DNA of 64,000 nt from Gemmatimonadota bacterium. GTDB lineage: Bacteria > Gemmatimonadota > Gemmatimonadetes > Palauibacterales > Palauibacteraceae. Where the stretch lies: contig JBHHYJ010000004.1 of assembly GCA_046757485.1 (NCBI GenBank), forward strand, positions 5,225 to 69,224, read 5' to 3'. Below, piece after piece: positions 48,319 to 57,895 of this stretch. Both the position numbers and the translations under genes were made by a program. The notes beneath the pieces are model-generated. The model was given only the letters and a program-made list of their open reading frames with translations, was not told where the DNA came from and searched no databases. How positions within the stretch are numbered: position 1 is the first letter of the stretch; each line of letters starts with the position of its first letter.

Positions 48319-49310
48319 ACGAGGCCGGCCGCTTCATCGTGGGGGTGGACATCGGCGGCAGCTCCATCAACGTCGGCGTGGTGCCGTTCGGTGGGGGGAA
48401 GGTGCTCGGGATGCGTTCCCTGCCCACCGAGGCCCACCGGGGGGCGAAGTTCGTCGTGGACCGGGTGGTCCAGATGATCCACGAGGCCACCGCGGATGCC
48501 CGGCGGGAGGCCGAGATTCCCGAGGATGGGCTACTCGGCGTCGGGCTGGGGTCCCCGGGCCCCCTGGATCGAGCCACCGGCACGGTGATCGAGACGCCGA
48601 ACCTGGGATGGCGGAACTTTCCCCTGCGGGACCTCATCGCCAATGCCGTGTCGCTCGACGCGGTGCTGGATAACGATGCGAACTGCGCGGCACTCGGGGA
48701 GTGGTGGATGGGGGCGGCTCGCGACGTGGACACGCTCATCGGTCTGACGGTGGGAACGGGGATCGGCGGTGGGATCATCCTGAACGGCCGGGTCTACCAC
48801 GGGATCTCCGATGCCGCGGGCGAGATCGGCCACATGACGATCGATTCCACCGGACGGCGGTGCAACTGTGGCAACTACGGCTGCCTCGAGGCGTACGCCT
48901 CGGGTCCGGCGATCGCGGCTCGCGCCATCGAGGGTCTCGAGGCGGGGGCCGGCAGCATCCTGCCGACGATGGTCGACGGCGAGCTGGCGAGCCTCACCGC
49001 CGAGACGGTGTACGAGGCGATCGTGGCGGGCGACGTCTACGCGGCGGATGTCATGCGAGACACGGCGAAGTTCCTGGGCACGGGCGTGGCGAACCTGATC
49101 AACGCGCTGAACCCGGAGATGGTCGTGATCTCGGGCGGCGTCACCCGGGCCGGCGACCACCTGTTCGAGCCTCTCCGGGCCGAGGTGCGGCGGCGCGCCT
49201 TCCGTCCGCCATCGGAGCGGTGCCGGATCCTGCCGAGCGAGCTGGGCGACATGGCCGGGGTGATCGGTGCCGCGGCCACGTACCGGGTGGAGCGCTGCGG
49301 GGGCATCTGA
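48315..49310 (+). CDS. ROK family sugar kinase (glucokinase-like)
   Basis: [23 protein letters not shown] and GEIGH...[10 protein letters not shown]. Confidence 0.93.
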   Translation: MNEAGRFIVGVDIGGSSINVGVVPFGGGKVLGMRSLPTEAHRGAKFVVDRVVQMIHEATADARREAEIPEDGLLGVGLGSPGPLDRATGTVIETPNLGWRNFPLRDLIANAVSLDAVLDNDANCAALGEWWMGAARDVDTLIGLTVGTGIGGGIILNGRVYHGISDAAGEIGHMTIDSTGRRCNCGNYGCLEAYASGPAIAARAIEGLEAGAGSILPTMVDGELASLTAETVYEAIVAGDVYAADVMRDTAKFLGTGVANLINALNPEMVVISGGVTRAGDHLFEPLRAEVRRRAFRPPSERCRILPSELGDMAGVIGAAATYRVERCGGI

Positions 49311-49313
49311 GCG

Positions 49314-50333
49314 GTGCCGCGTTTGGGGGCGATCGGGGCGATGGTCTGGGACACGATCTACGCGCGCGATCCCGGCCGCGAGGGGCCGATCGAGGAGTGG
49401 GGCGGCATCTCCTACGCGCTCTCGGCCTTCGACGCCGTGGCTCTCGAGGGGTGGAGCCTGTTCCCGATCGTGAAGGTGGGGGCGGACATGCGCCGCCCGG
49501 CGGACCGCTTCCTGAGCACTCTGGAGCGGATCGATTCCCTCCAGGGCGTGAGGACGGTCCCGGAGCCGAACAACCGGGTGGAGCTCCGGTACGTGGACGC
49601 TTCGCGGCGCTGCGAGCGGCTCACGGGGGGCGTGCCGGGCTGGGAGTGGGCGGAGCTGGAGCCGCTCGCGATGTCCTGTGATGCCCTGTACGTTAACTTC
49701 ATCGCCGGCTGGGAGTTGGACCTGCCGTGCGCGCGGCGGCTGCGAGCCAGCTTTCAGGGACCCTTGTACGCGGACATGCACTCCCTGCTGCTGGGGGTGG
49801 GGCCGGACGGCGCCCGGATCCTCCGGCGGCCGGAGGCGTGGCGCGAGTGGCTCGCCTGCTTCGACCTCGTGCAGATCAACGGGGACGAGCTCAACACCCT
49901 GGCGGAGGGGTGGGGCGATCCCTGGCAGCTCGCGGCGGAGGTGGTCGGATCGTCCACCCGGGCGCTGCTGGTGACGCTCGGGGAGCGGGGTGCCGCCTGG
50001 GTGGCGACGGCGGAGTTCTGGCGGCAGACGAGGGAAGGCCGCTTCGCCGCGCCACCGGGGTCGGGGCGCTCGCGCTCCCGGCTGGAACGCTCCCCGGGCA
50101 CGGCCCTCAGCGGCCTGGTGGAGGCGAGCCACTCGGTTCACGGAGGGGATCCGACCGGGTGTGGCGACGTGTGGGGGGTCACCTGCTTCAGCTCGCTCCT
50201 CGGCGGATTCGACCTCGAGGGGGCCATGGAGCGGGCGAACGGCATCGCGGCCCGCAACGCCTCCTTCCGCGGGGCGACCGGGCTGGCCGGAGCCCTGCGC
50301 TCCGATTCGGGCATCGTTCTCGAGACAGAGTGA
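49314..50333 (+). CDS. PfkB family carbohydrate kinase
   Basis: WGG substrate motif, N..E, VTLGERG and DPTGCGD anion-hole motif. Confidence 0.82.
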   Translation: MPRLGAIGAMVWDTIYARDPGREGPIEEWGGISYALSAFDAVALEGWSLFPIVKVGADMRRPADRFLSTLERIDSLQGVRTVPEPNNRVELRYVDASRRCERLTGGVPGWEWAELEPLAMSCDALYVNFIAGWELDLPCARRLRASFQGPLYADMHSLLLGVGPDGARILRRPEAWREWLACFDLVQINGDELNTLAEGWGDPWQLAAEVVGSSTRALLVTLGERGAAWVATAEFWRQTREGRFAAPPGSGRSRSRLERSPGTALSGLVEASHSVHGGDPTGCGDVWGVTCFSSLLGGFDLEGAMERANGIAARNASFRGATGLAGALRSDSGIVLETE

Positions 50334-50346
50334 GCCGCGAGGTGCG

Positions 50347-51255
50347 ATGAGCCGCGTCATCCAGGTACCCGAGACGCTGGACGAGAACGGGTTCGAGGAG
50401 CTCGTCGCCGAGCTGAACCGGGCCACCGAGGAAGGAGCGGAGCGGCTGCTGCTGGATGCGCGCCGCGTCACGTGGGTCTCTCCGTACGGGCTCGTCGGAC
50501 TGCTGGCCGCGGGCCACGTGGCCCGAGAGCGGACGGGAAAACCCCCGCTGATCGAGGCGCCCGAGGACGGCGAGGTCCGCTCCTACTGCGAGCGGATGGA
50601 GTTCTGGTCCAACGCGGCCGACGTTTACGATCTCGGGGCGGTGACCAGCCGGCCGCACGGGCGCTCCGAGGCGCTGCTGGAGATCACCCCGATTCGCTCT
50701 CACGTGGATGTCCACCACGTCGTGGAGCACGTGCGGGAACGGGCGGCGGCGATTCTCCAGAAACGCCTCCGCTACCCGCGAACCTCGGTCATCCAGTTCA
50801 GCGTGATGCTGTCGGAGGTGTGCCAGAACATCCTGGAGCATGCCGAGGGCGAGGGCTGGGTGTGCGCCCAGACGTACTACTGGAAGCGGCGCCTGGGCCG
50901 GGACGTGCTCGTGCTGGCGGTGATGGACGTGGGGGTAGGATTCCAGGGATCCCTGGGAGCCGAGCACGCCCGTCGGTTCGGCGATCGCTGGTCGGCGGCC
51001 ACCGCGCTGGAGGCGGCGTTCCTCCAGGGCGAGTCCCGCTTCCGGGATCCGGGACGCGGCCAGGGGCTGCAGGCGATTCGGCGGCAGGTGACGAAGTGGA
51101 ACGGAGAGGTCCGGATCCGGAGCGGCGATGCGATGATCGCGCGGGTGCCCGAGTGGGATGACATCCGTCCGCTCCGCGCCGGGTTGCCGACGTTTCCCGG
51201 GGCACAGGTGCTGATCGTGATGCCGGCCAAGGTGCCGGCGGCGACGACGGCGTAA
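50347..51255 (+). CDS. STAS-like plus HATPase_c (GHKL) protein, RsbW/SpoIIAB-like kinase
   Basis: N-terminal LLLDARRVTWVSPYG; N-box SEVCQNILEHA, G1 DVGVG and G2 GRGQGL. Confidence 0.78.
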   Translation: MSRVIQVPETLDENGFEELVAELNRATEEGAERLLLDARRVTWVSPYGLVGLLAAGHVARERTGKPPLIEAPEDGEVRSYCERMEFWSNAADVYDLGAVTSRPHGRSEALLEITPIRSHVDVHHVVEHVRERAAAILQKRLRYPRTSVIQFSVMLSEVCQNILEHAEGEGWVCAQTYYWKRRLGRDVLVLAVMDVGVGFQGSLGAEHARRFGDRWSAATALEAAFLQGESRFRDPGRGQGLQAIRRQVTKWNGEVRIRSGDAMIARVPEWDDIRPLRAGLPTFPGAQVLIVMPAKVPAATTA

Positions 51256-51276
51256 GCGGAAGGAAGCGAACGCCCG

Positions 51277-51894
51277 ATGGCGGGAGGGGACGTGGGGAAC
51301 GGAGAGGCCGAGAGCCGCGCGGCGTGGCCGGTCGTCTCACCCGTGAACCTGTACAGCTATCTCGTTACGCGACAGACGGGAAGAGCGGTGCGGCTGGGGA
51401 TCCAGGGCCGGCTGGCCGAGCTCAACGGCCGGGTGCTCGCGGTGGTCGACTTTCGCGAGGTGCAGCTCATCGACTTCAGCTGCGCCGACGAGGTGGTCGC
51501 CAAGCTCGTTCGACAGGCGGGGAGATCCGCCCGGCCGCGGGCTTTCTTCCTCCTCAGGGGACTCGCGGAGCACCACGTGGATCCCGTGCAGTCGGCCCTG
51601 CGGCGCCAGGAGCTCGCCGTAGCCGCGGAGCGGGACGACGGCCGGCCGCTCCTTCTGGGGTCCGTCTCGCGCTCGCCGGCCCGGGCGTGGAGGGAGGTGT
51701 GCCGGCTGGGCCGGGCGGGCGCCGAGCGGATCGCCGAGTGCATGCACGAGCCGGCCTCCGCCGTGCATCCCTGGCTGGAGCGGCTCCACCGGCGCCGCCT
51801 GCTGCTCCGGAACGGTCCCGAGTACGTCTCGCTGCGCCAGGCGCTGTCGGAGGTACGAGGCACGGGCGGGGTCGAGCCGGGGGGCTGCAACTGA
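51277..51894 (+). CDS. STAS-like (DUF4325-like) domain plus C-terminal winged-helix protein
   Basis: LVTRQTGRAVR...VDFREVQLIDFSCADEVVAKL; C-terminal AERIAE...LERLHRRRLL. Confidence 0.65.
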   Translation: MAGGDVGNGEAESRAAWPVVSPVNLYSYLVTRQTGRAVRLGIQGRLAELNGRVLAVVDFREVQLIDFSCADEVVAKLVRQAGRSARPRAFFLLRGLAEHHVDPVQSALRRQELAVAAERDDGRPLLLGSVSRSPARAWREVCRLGRAGAERIAECMHEPASAVHPWLERLHRRRLLLRNGPEYVSLRQALSEVRGTGGVEPGGCN

Positions 51895-51956
51895 GCCGCG
51901 GCCTCTGGATCGGGCCCCGGCGCGCGCCTCCGCTCCGGGGGAGCGGGTTCTCGCGT

Positions 51957-54440
51957 ATGGGCGCGGCCGCACCCCCTTCCTCGAACAGGCTCCTCGCGCG
52001 GGTCGCCCCCACCGTTGCCCTCCTCGTGGCGCTGGGTGGAGGGCTGCTCGTGAGCGGTCTCTACCTCTACGCGCGGAGCTCCGTCCAGCACCTGCGGGGG
52101 ACGGATCGGCTGCCGGGCCTGGACGACCCGGTTCTCGTGTACTCCGACTCCCTGGAGATCCCTCACCTCTTCGCGGCGAGCGAAGCCGATGCGTTTCGGG
52201 CCCAGGGGTACGTCCACGCGGCGGCTCGGCTGTGGCAGATGGAGATGCTCCGCCGGACGGCGCAGGGGAGGCTGTCGGAGCTCTTCGGCCCCCGGGCGCT
52301 GTCCGTCGACCGGCTCGTTCGGACCCTCGACCTGTGGGGAGCGGCGGGCCGCAGCCTGAGCGCGCTGCCCGAGGAGGTGCGGAGCCTGCTGGAGGCGTAC
52401 GCGGACGGGGTCAACGCCAAGCTCGAGGAGTGGCACGGTGCGCTTCCTCCGGAGTTCCTCCTCCTCCGCTTCCGCCCCGAGCCCTGGACGCCACGGGCCT
52501 CGGTGGCGGTCGGGAAGGTCATGGCCCTCGACCTGTCTCACTGGCGGCGCGAGATCTCCCGACTGCGGGCGGCCACCCTGCTGGGTCCGGAGAAGCTCGC
52601 CTACCTGCGCCTCCCGTATCCCGCCTGGGGTCCCACGATCCTTCCCGAAGCCCATGCCTCCGGGGAAGAAGAATCGCGGGGCTCGCGGAACGGGATCGGA
52701 ACCCGCGACGGAGCGGTGGCATCCGGTCCGGAAGACGGCTGGGATCCGATCGCGTTTCTGAGCCGTCTCTCTTTCCGGGGCTCGAACTCCTGGGCCGTGG
52801 CGGGCCGGCGAACGCGAGCCGGCGCCCCGCTGCTGGCCAACGACATGCACCTGGCGCTGCGGTCCCCCTCGACCTGGTACCTCGTGGCCCTGCACGCCTC
52901 GGAGTCCGGACTGGATGTGGCCGGACTCTCCCTACCGGGCGTGCCGGGGATCGTCGTCGGTTACAACCGCCGGATGGCGTGGGGTTTCACCAACGGCATG
53001 GTGGACGACATGGACTTCGTCGTCGAGGCGGTGAACCTGGACCGCTCCGCGTACCGGCGGGATACGGCCTGGGCGCCGTTCGCCGTTCGCGCGGAGACCG
53101 TCTTCGTCCGCGGCCGGAACGAGCCGGTGGTCCACCCGGTGCGGGAGACGCTCCGGGGCCCGGTCCTCAGCGACGTCCTCCCCGGGATCGGGCTGACGCT
53201 GTCCGTGTTGTGGACGGGCCGCTACCCGACGACCGCGGCGGAGGCGCTCCTGCGCATGAACCGGTCGTCGTCGTCGTCGGAGTTCGAGCGGGCGCTGCGC
53301 CTCTTCGGCTCCCCCCACCAGAACGTGATCTACGCGGAGGCCGGCGGCCCGATCGGGTATCGCCTGACCGGGTCGGTGCCCCGCCGCGCGGGCTGGGATG
53401 GCTCGGAGCCGGTCTCCTTCCACATCGTGGGCCGTGGCTGGACAGGCTTCTGGCCGCCCGACTCCCTGCCCGCGGCGCTCGACCCCCCGGCCGGCTACCT
53501 GGCCAGCGCGAACAACCTCCAGGCGCGCGAGCTCTTCGGACGCATCGGAGTGGACTATCCCGTCCCGTTTCGAGCCCGGCGGATCGTGGATCGTCTCGAG
53601 GCGGAGACTTCGTGGACGCTCGGCGACCTGATGGCTCTCCAGCGCGATACCTGGAGCGGGCTCGCGTCGCGGCTGATCCCGCGGGCGATCGCGGCGGCCC
53701 GGCGGGTGGGCGCCGACTCGGAGGCCCTGGATCTGGCGGATTGGGACCTGCGGGTCGGTGTGGACTCCCAGGAGGCCGCGCTCTTCCACATCTGGCTGTA
53801 CCGCCTTCGGGCGCTGGTGGCGGGCGACGAGTTTCGAGGAGCGGAGAGGTGGGCGCTGTTCCCTGATCTGGCTCTCCTCCGGGTGTTGGAGGAGCGGGGC
53901 GGCCCCTGGGCGGACGACGTGGGTACGGACACCCTCGAGGAGCTGGCGGGGCTGGAGGAGCGCGCGATGAGGGAAGCGCTGCGGTTGGCGGCGGGCCGCG
54001 CGTGGGGCGAGCTGCATCGGGAACGCTCGGTTCACCTGCTCGGCGGCAACCGGTGGCTCGACCGGCTCCTCGGGCTGAACGTGGGTCCGTACCCGGGACC
54101 CGGCGGCCCGCACACGGTTCGGCCGGACGACCCGGGGCTGTGGAGTCCGCTGGACTCCACCTCGTGGCGGCCGCCGTTCACCAGCGAGTACGGGCCGTCC
54201 GAGCGTTTCGTGGCCGAGATGGGGCCCGCTGGCAGCGTGGGTCACTTTCTGCTGCCCACGGGGCAGAACGGGAATCCGCTCAGTCGCCACTATAGGAGCA
54301 TGGCGCCTCGCTGGCGGCGCTCGGAGCTCGTCCCGGTCCCGATCGACCCGGAGGCAGCCCGTGAGCGGGCGGTCGACACGCTGCGACTGCTCCCCGGCGC
54401 GGTCCGAAGCGGAAGCTCCCGCGAAACCTCCCCGCGTTGA
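51957..54440 (+). CDS. Penicillin acylase family Ntn-hydrolase (peptidase S45)
   Basis: IPH, AQGYVHA..RLWQM, catalytic GSNSWAV, LANDMHL, ANN and GQNGNPLS.HY. Confidence 0.93.
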   Translation: MGAAAPPSSNRLLARVAPTVALLVALGGGLLVSGLYLYARSSVQHLRGTDRLPGLDDPVLVYSDSLEIPHLFAASEADAFRAQGYVHAAARLWQMEMLRRTAQGRLSELFGPRALSVDRLVRTLDLWGAAGRSLSALPEEVRSLLEAYADGVNAKLEEWHGALPPEFLLLRFRPEPWTPRASVAVGKVMALDLSHWRREISRLRAATLLGPEKLAYLRLPYPAWGPTILPEAHASGEEESRGSRNGIGTRDGAVASGPEDGWDPIAFLSRLSFRGSNSWAVAGRRTRAGAPLLANDMHLALRSPSTWYLVALHASESGLDVAGLSLPGVPGIVVGYNRRMAWGFTNGMVDDMDFVVEAVNLDRSAYRRDTAWAPFAVRAETVFVRGRNEPVVHPVRETLRGPVLSDVLPGIGLTLSVLWTGRYPTTAAEALLRMNRSSSSSEFERALRLFGSPHQNVIYAEAGGPIGYRLTGSVPRRAGWDGSEPVSFHIVGRGWTGFWPPDSLPAALDPPAGYLASANNLQARELFGRIGVDYPVPFRARRIVDRLEAETSWTLGDLMALQRDTWSGLASRLIPRAIAAARRVGADSEALDLADWDLRVGVDSQEAALFHIWLYRLRALVAGDEFRGAERWALFPDLALLRVLEERGGPWADDVGTDTLEELAGLEERAMREALRLAAGRAWGELHRERSVHLLGGNRWLDRLLGLNVGPYPGPGGPHTVRPDDPGLWSPLDSTSWRPPFTSEYGPSERFVAEMGPAGSVGHFLLPTGQNGNPLSRHYRSMAPRWRRSELVPVPIDPEAARERAVDTLRLLPGAVRSGSSRETSPR

Positions 54441-54542
54441 CGGTGTCTAACCCCCCGAGTAGCTTCGGCAGTGGCTGAGGAGAGCGCCGAGGTGCACGCC
54501 TTTCGCCGCTCGAGCCCGGAATCATGAGCCCGATGCTGCACC

Positions 54543-54800
54543 ATGGAAGAAGGTGTGATCGCTGACGCCTCGGAGGTGCGAGGCAGGATCGAGGATGTCT
54601 TGGCCTCGATCCGCCCGGCGGTGCGAACCGACGGCGGGGACATCGAGTTCGTGAGCTTCGACGCGGAGTCCGGGCTGGTTCAACTCCGGATGGTCGGAGC
54701 CTGCTACGCATGCCCGATGTCCACGGCAACGCTCCGGGCGGGCATCGAGCAACACCTCCGGATGGTGGTCCCCGAAGTGAGGTCGGTCGAGGCGATCTGA
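54543..54800 (+). CDS. NifU/NfuA C-terminal domain Fe-S scaffold
   Basis: IRPAVRTDGGDIE...GACYACPMS..TL..GIE. Confidence 0.93.
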   Translation: MEEGVIADASEVRGRIEDVLASIRPAVRTDGGDIEFVSFDAESGLVQLRMVGACYACPMSTATLRAGIEQHLRMVVPEVRSVEAI

Positions 54801-54910
54801 CGGCCGAGCCTTCCGGCGGATCGACTCGACGAGCCCGCGTTCTATTTTTCATCAGGTTTCCCCCGCCGCAGCCCGGATGGAGCTCCCGGCCGGTTCACGA
54901 AAGGTCTGGC

Positions 54911-55963
54911 ATGGATAGGGATACTCTCGCTGGAGAGAGCGAACCGAGGGAGGAGCCGGCGGGGCGGGACGCGTCGAAACGGGTGGCCCGCCCGAGACGT
55001 CGGTTGCCCGTGCTGGGAGCCGATGCGGAGGAGGCGGCCGCATCCGCCGGCCCCGGCGCGAGGGCGGGGGAGCAAGCCGGGCCTGGCTCCCGGCCCCACG
55101 GGCTGGAACCCGGAGTCGCGGGCCCGCGCCCCGTCGCTGAGGACCGCACGGCGGCCAGCCGCCACCCGTCTGCCGCCCCGCCGCTCGAGGGAGTCCGCCA
55201 CGTGGTCGCGGTGAGCTCGGGGAAGGGAGGCGTGGGCAAGTCCACCGTCTCGGTGAACCTGGCCGCCACCTGGGCCGCCGGCGGGAAACGGGTCGGCCTG
55301 ATGGACGCCGACATCTATGGACCGGACATCCCGGCGATGTTCGGCCTGCACGAGAAGCCGCGCATGTCCGACCAGCTCGTCGTCCCGCTCGAGGCACACG
55401 GCGTCAAGCTCATGAGCCTCGGCTTTCTCGTAGAGGAGGACACCCCGGCCATCTGGCGCGGACCGATCGTCATGGGCATCGTACGCCAGTTCCTCCACCA
55501 GGTCTCGTGGGGCGAGCTCGACTACCTGCTGGTGGACCTGCCGCCGGGAACGGGCGACGCCCAGCTCTCCCTGTGTCAGCTCGTACGGGTTTCGGGAGCC
55601 GTCATGGTCACCACGCCTCAGGATGTCGCGGTGAGCGGCGTGCTGAAGGGAATCCGCATGTTTCAGAAGGTGGAGGTCCCGGTCCTCGGCCTGGTGGAGA
55701 ACATGCGGGGCTTCGCGTGTCCCGGGTGCGGCGAAGTGCACGAGATCTTCGGCTCCGGCGGAGGCGAGAAGCTGGCCGCGGCCCTGGAGGTGCCGTTCCT
55801 GGGCTCCGTGCCGCTGGGCATGGCGGTGCGTGAGGCGGGAGATCGGGGGATGCCGACCGTCGTCTCGGCACCCGACTCGCCGGAGGGGAAGGCGTTCGCG
55901 GCGGTCGCCGGAGCGACGGCGGAGAGGATCAGGGAGCGGGCGGCAAGCACGGTCGCGGGGTAG
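54911..55963 (+). CDS. mrp: Mrp/NBP35 (ApbC) Fe-S carrier ATPase
   Basis: SGKGGVGKST, DADIYGP, WRGP, DLPPGTGD, TTPQ and ENM..F.CPGC. Confidence 0.93.
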   Translation: MDRDTLAGESEPREEPAGRDASKRVARPRRRLPVLGADAEEAAASAGPGARAGEQAGPGSRPHGLEPGVAGPRPVAEDRTAASRHPSAAPPLEGVRHVVAVSSGKGGVGKSTVSVNLAATWAAGGKRVGLMDADIYGPDIPAMFGLHEKPRMSDQLVVPLEAHGVKLMSLGFLVEEDTPAIWRGPIVMGIVRQFLHQVSWGELDYLLVDLPPGTGDAQLSLCQLVRVSGAVMVTTPQDVAVSGVLKGIRMFQKVEVPVLGLVENMRGFACPGCGEVHEIFGSGGGEKLAAALEVPFLGSVPLGMAVREAGDRGMPTVVSAPDSPEGKAFAAVAGATAERIRERAASTVAG

Positions 55964-56016
55964 GGCGGTTCGCGTCCCGCCGCCTTGGATCTGGCCTCAC
56001 GGCGCTCGTAACGCGG

Positions 56017-56045
56017 CCCGCCGGGATTCTCCAGCGACCTGCTAG
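56017..56045 (+). repeat. Dispersed 29-bp repeat family, copy E
   Basis: CCCGCCGGGATTCTCCAGCGACCTGCTAG. Confidence 0.65.
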
Positions 56046-56051
56046 GAAAGA

Positions 56052-56894
56052 ATGACCGTCATCAGCCTGACCACCGACTTCGGGACGGCCGACGGGTACG
56101 TCGGCGAGCTGAAAGGCGTCCTGCTGAGCCACGCGCCCGGCGCCCGACTGGTCGACGTCACGCACGAGGTGGAGCCCGGCGACGTGGAAGGTGGAGCCTG
56201 GCTGCTGGCCCGGATCTGGGAGCGCTACCCGCCCGGCACGGTGCACCTGGTGGTGGTCGATCCGGGGGTGGGGGGGGCGCGACTCCCGCTGGCCGCCCGG
56301 GCGGCGGAACGCTGGTTCGTCGGACCGGACAACGGGCTGCTGTCCCTGATCTCGCGCCGCCATCCGGTCGAGGAGGCGCGGCGGCTGGACGCGGAGCGCA
56401 TGGCGGTTCCGACCCTCTCGGACACGTTTCACGGGCGCGACCTGTTCGCTCCGGCCGCGGCCCACCTGGCACGGGGGGGAGAGGCCGGGGATCTCGGACC
56501 GGCCCTGGACTCTGCCGGGCTCGTACGGCTCAGCCTCCCGGAGCCGGAGCGCTCCGAGGCCCGGATCCGAGGCGAGATCCTACGGGTAGACCGGTTCGGC
56601 AACCTGATCTCCAACGTTCCCACGGCGTGGCTACCGGACCGACCCGCGGTGGAGATCGCCGGAGCACGCCTGGAGACGGTGGGCCGCGGTTACGGGGACG
56701 GGGAGCTGGGAGAGCTCCTTCTGATCCGGGGCTCGGGAGGGATGCTGGAGATCGCGGCCCGGGGAGGAAGTGCGGCGGTTCGTCTCGGGGCAGGGCGCGG
56801 GGAACCCCTCGTGGTGCGCTCCGTCGGGAGCGCAGCCCTGCCCTCGGCGGAGCCCACGCGCGCGCGCCGCCGTGGTTCTTCAGCGAGCTGCTAG
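56052..56894 (+). CDS. SAM hydroxide adenosyltransferase / SAM-dependent halogenase family (DUF62)
   Basis: LTTDFG, VVDPGVG, GPDNG, TFHGRDLFAP and DRFGNL. Confidence 0.92.
   Translation: MTVISLTTDFGTADGYVGELKGVLLSHAPGARLVDVTHEVEPGDVEGGAWLLARIWERYPPGTVHLVVVDPGVGGARLPLAARAAERWFVGPDNGLLSLISRRHPVEEARRLDAERMAVPTLSDTFHGRDLFAPAAAHLARGGEAGDLGPALDSAGLVRLSLPEPERSEARIRGEILRVDRFGNLISNVPTAWLPDRPAVEIAGARLETVGRGYGDGELGELLLIRGSGGMLEIAARGGSAAVRLGAGRGEPLVVRSVGSAALPSAEPTRARRRGSSASC
56866..56894 (+). repeat. Dispersed 29-bp repeat family, copy F (supplies the DUF62 gene stop)
   Basis: GCCGCCGTGGTTCTTCAGCGAGCTGCTAG. Confidence 0.7.
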
Positions 56895-57895
56895 TGAACG
56901 ATCTCCACCCTGACCGATCCGAAGGCGGCGTCCAGGTCCAGCTCCAGGTGGTTCTCCGCCGCCGCCCAGTTCGAGCTCTCGAACACTCCCTCTTCCAGCC
57001 GCTCCAGCTCGGGCGCGTCGAAAGAGGTGAGGAAGGACTTCCTTCGCACGCGAACGCCCAGCTCCCGCGGAAAGCGTAGCGTCAGCGAACCGACGCCCAT
57101 CTTCACGCTGGCCCGGGCATCCCGCCGCCACTCTCCCCCGAACTCCAGAGTGATGTCGCCCACCCCCCCCTGAAACGTGAGGTGCTCGAAGTTCGCGTTG
57201 CCCAGATCCTCCGCCCGGAAGGAGGCGGCTCCGATCTTGACGCTCAGCGTTTGGAGGCGCGCCGGGTTCGGCTGCTCGAAGCTGAGGCGGGTCTCGCTGG
57301 CGCCCGTGTTGAACTCCAACCGGGTCAACGGAACCCCTCCCAGCTCGATCGCGCTCTTGGCCGCCCCGACGCCTACTTTGAGCTCGGTCGGAACGTCGCG
57401 GCTCAACCGCATGTCGAGCCGGCCGCTGGAATCGCCCAGCTTCTTCAGGTCGCCCACGTCCAGCTGCAGGTCGAAGTCGTCGAGTCGGATCTCCGAGCTC
57501 CGATCCTCCTCCTCCCGGGCGCTGGTCAGCGCCACTCGGAGCTTGCCCTGTCCCTCCCGCTCCGACCAGCTGCGGAGCGGGACGTACCGCTCCGAGTCGA
57601 ACAGCATGCGGACGTCGTACAGGCGATCCCCCTCCGCGGGCTCGACGTGCAGCCGCCCGGCTCCGTACAGGATCTCGACCTGCAGCGAGCGGTACGCGGC
57701 TGCCTGCCGGGAGCTGCGAAACTCCTTCCACTCCTGCGCGCCGGCCGGCCCGAAGTCGAGAAGCAACAGCGGCGCGAGGAGCAGGACGACGCGCGTGACC
57801 CGCGGGCTCCGCGGGCGCGGGTTCCTCGGGCGGGAAGGGCCGTCAGCCAACGGTCGACGCCTCTTCCGTCCCGCCGCTCTCCGGCCACGTGTCAT
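56891..57895 (-). CDS. Secreted beta-solenoid (toast-rack / LiaG/DUF2154-like) protein
   Basis: Signal peptide ending AGA-Q; repeated GA/GVG beta-strand motifs; C-terminal AAFGSVRV; start uncertain. Confidence 0.6.
   Translation of the reverse strand: MTRGRRAAGRKRRRPLADGPSRPRNPRPRSPRVTRVVLLLAPLLLLDFGPAGAQEWKEFRSSRQAAAYRSLQVEILYGAGRLHVEPAEGDRLYDVRMLFDSERYVPLRSWSEREGQGKLRVALTSAREEEDRSSEIRLDDFDLQLDVGDLKKLGDSSGRLDMRLSRDVPTELKVGVGAAKSAIELGGVPLTRLEFNTGASETRLSFEQPNPARLQTLSVKIGAASFRAEDLGNANFEHLTFQGGVGDITLEFGGEWRRDARASVKMGVGSLTLRFPRELGVRVRRKSFLTSFDAPELERLEEGVFESSNWAAAENHLELDLDAAFGSVRVEIVH

Noticed and set aside
56052-56894. DUF62 gene as a true fluorinase/chlorinase
   Set aside because: It has the HGRD motif typical of SAM hydroxide adenosyltransferases and no biosynthetic cluster context
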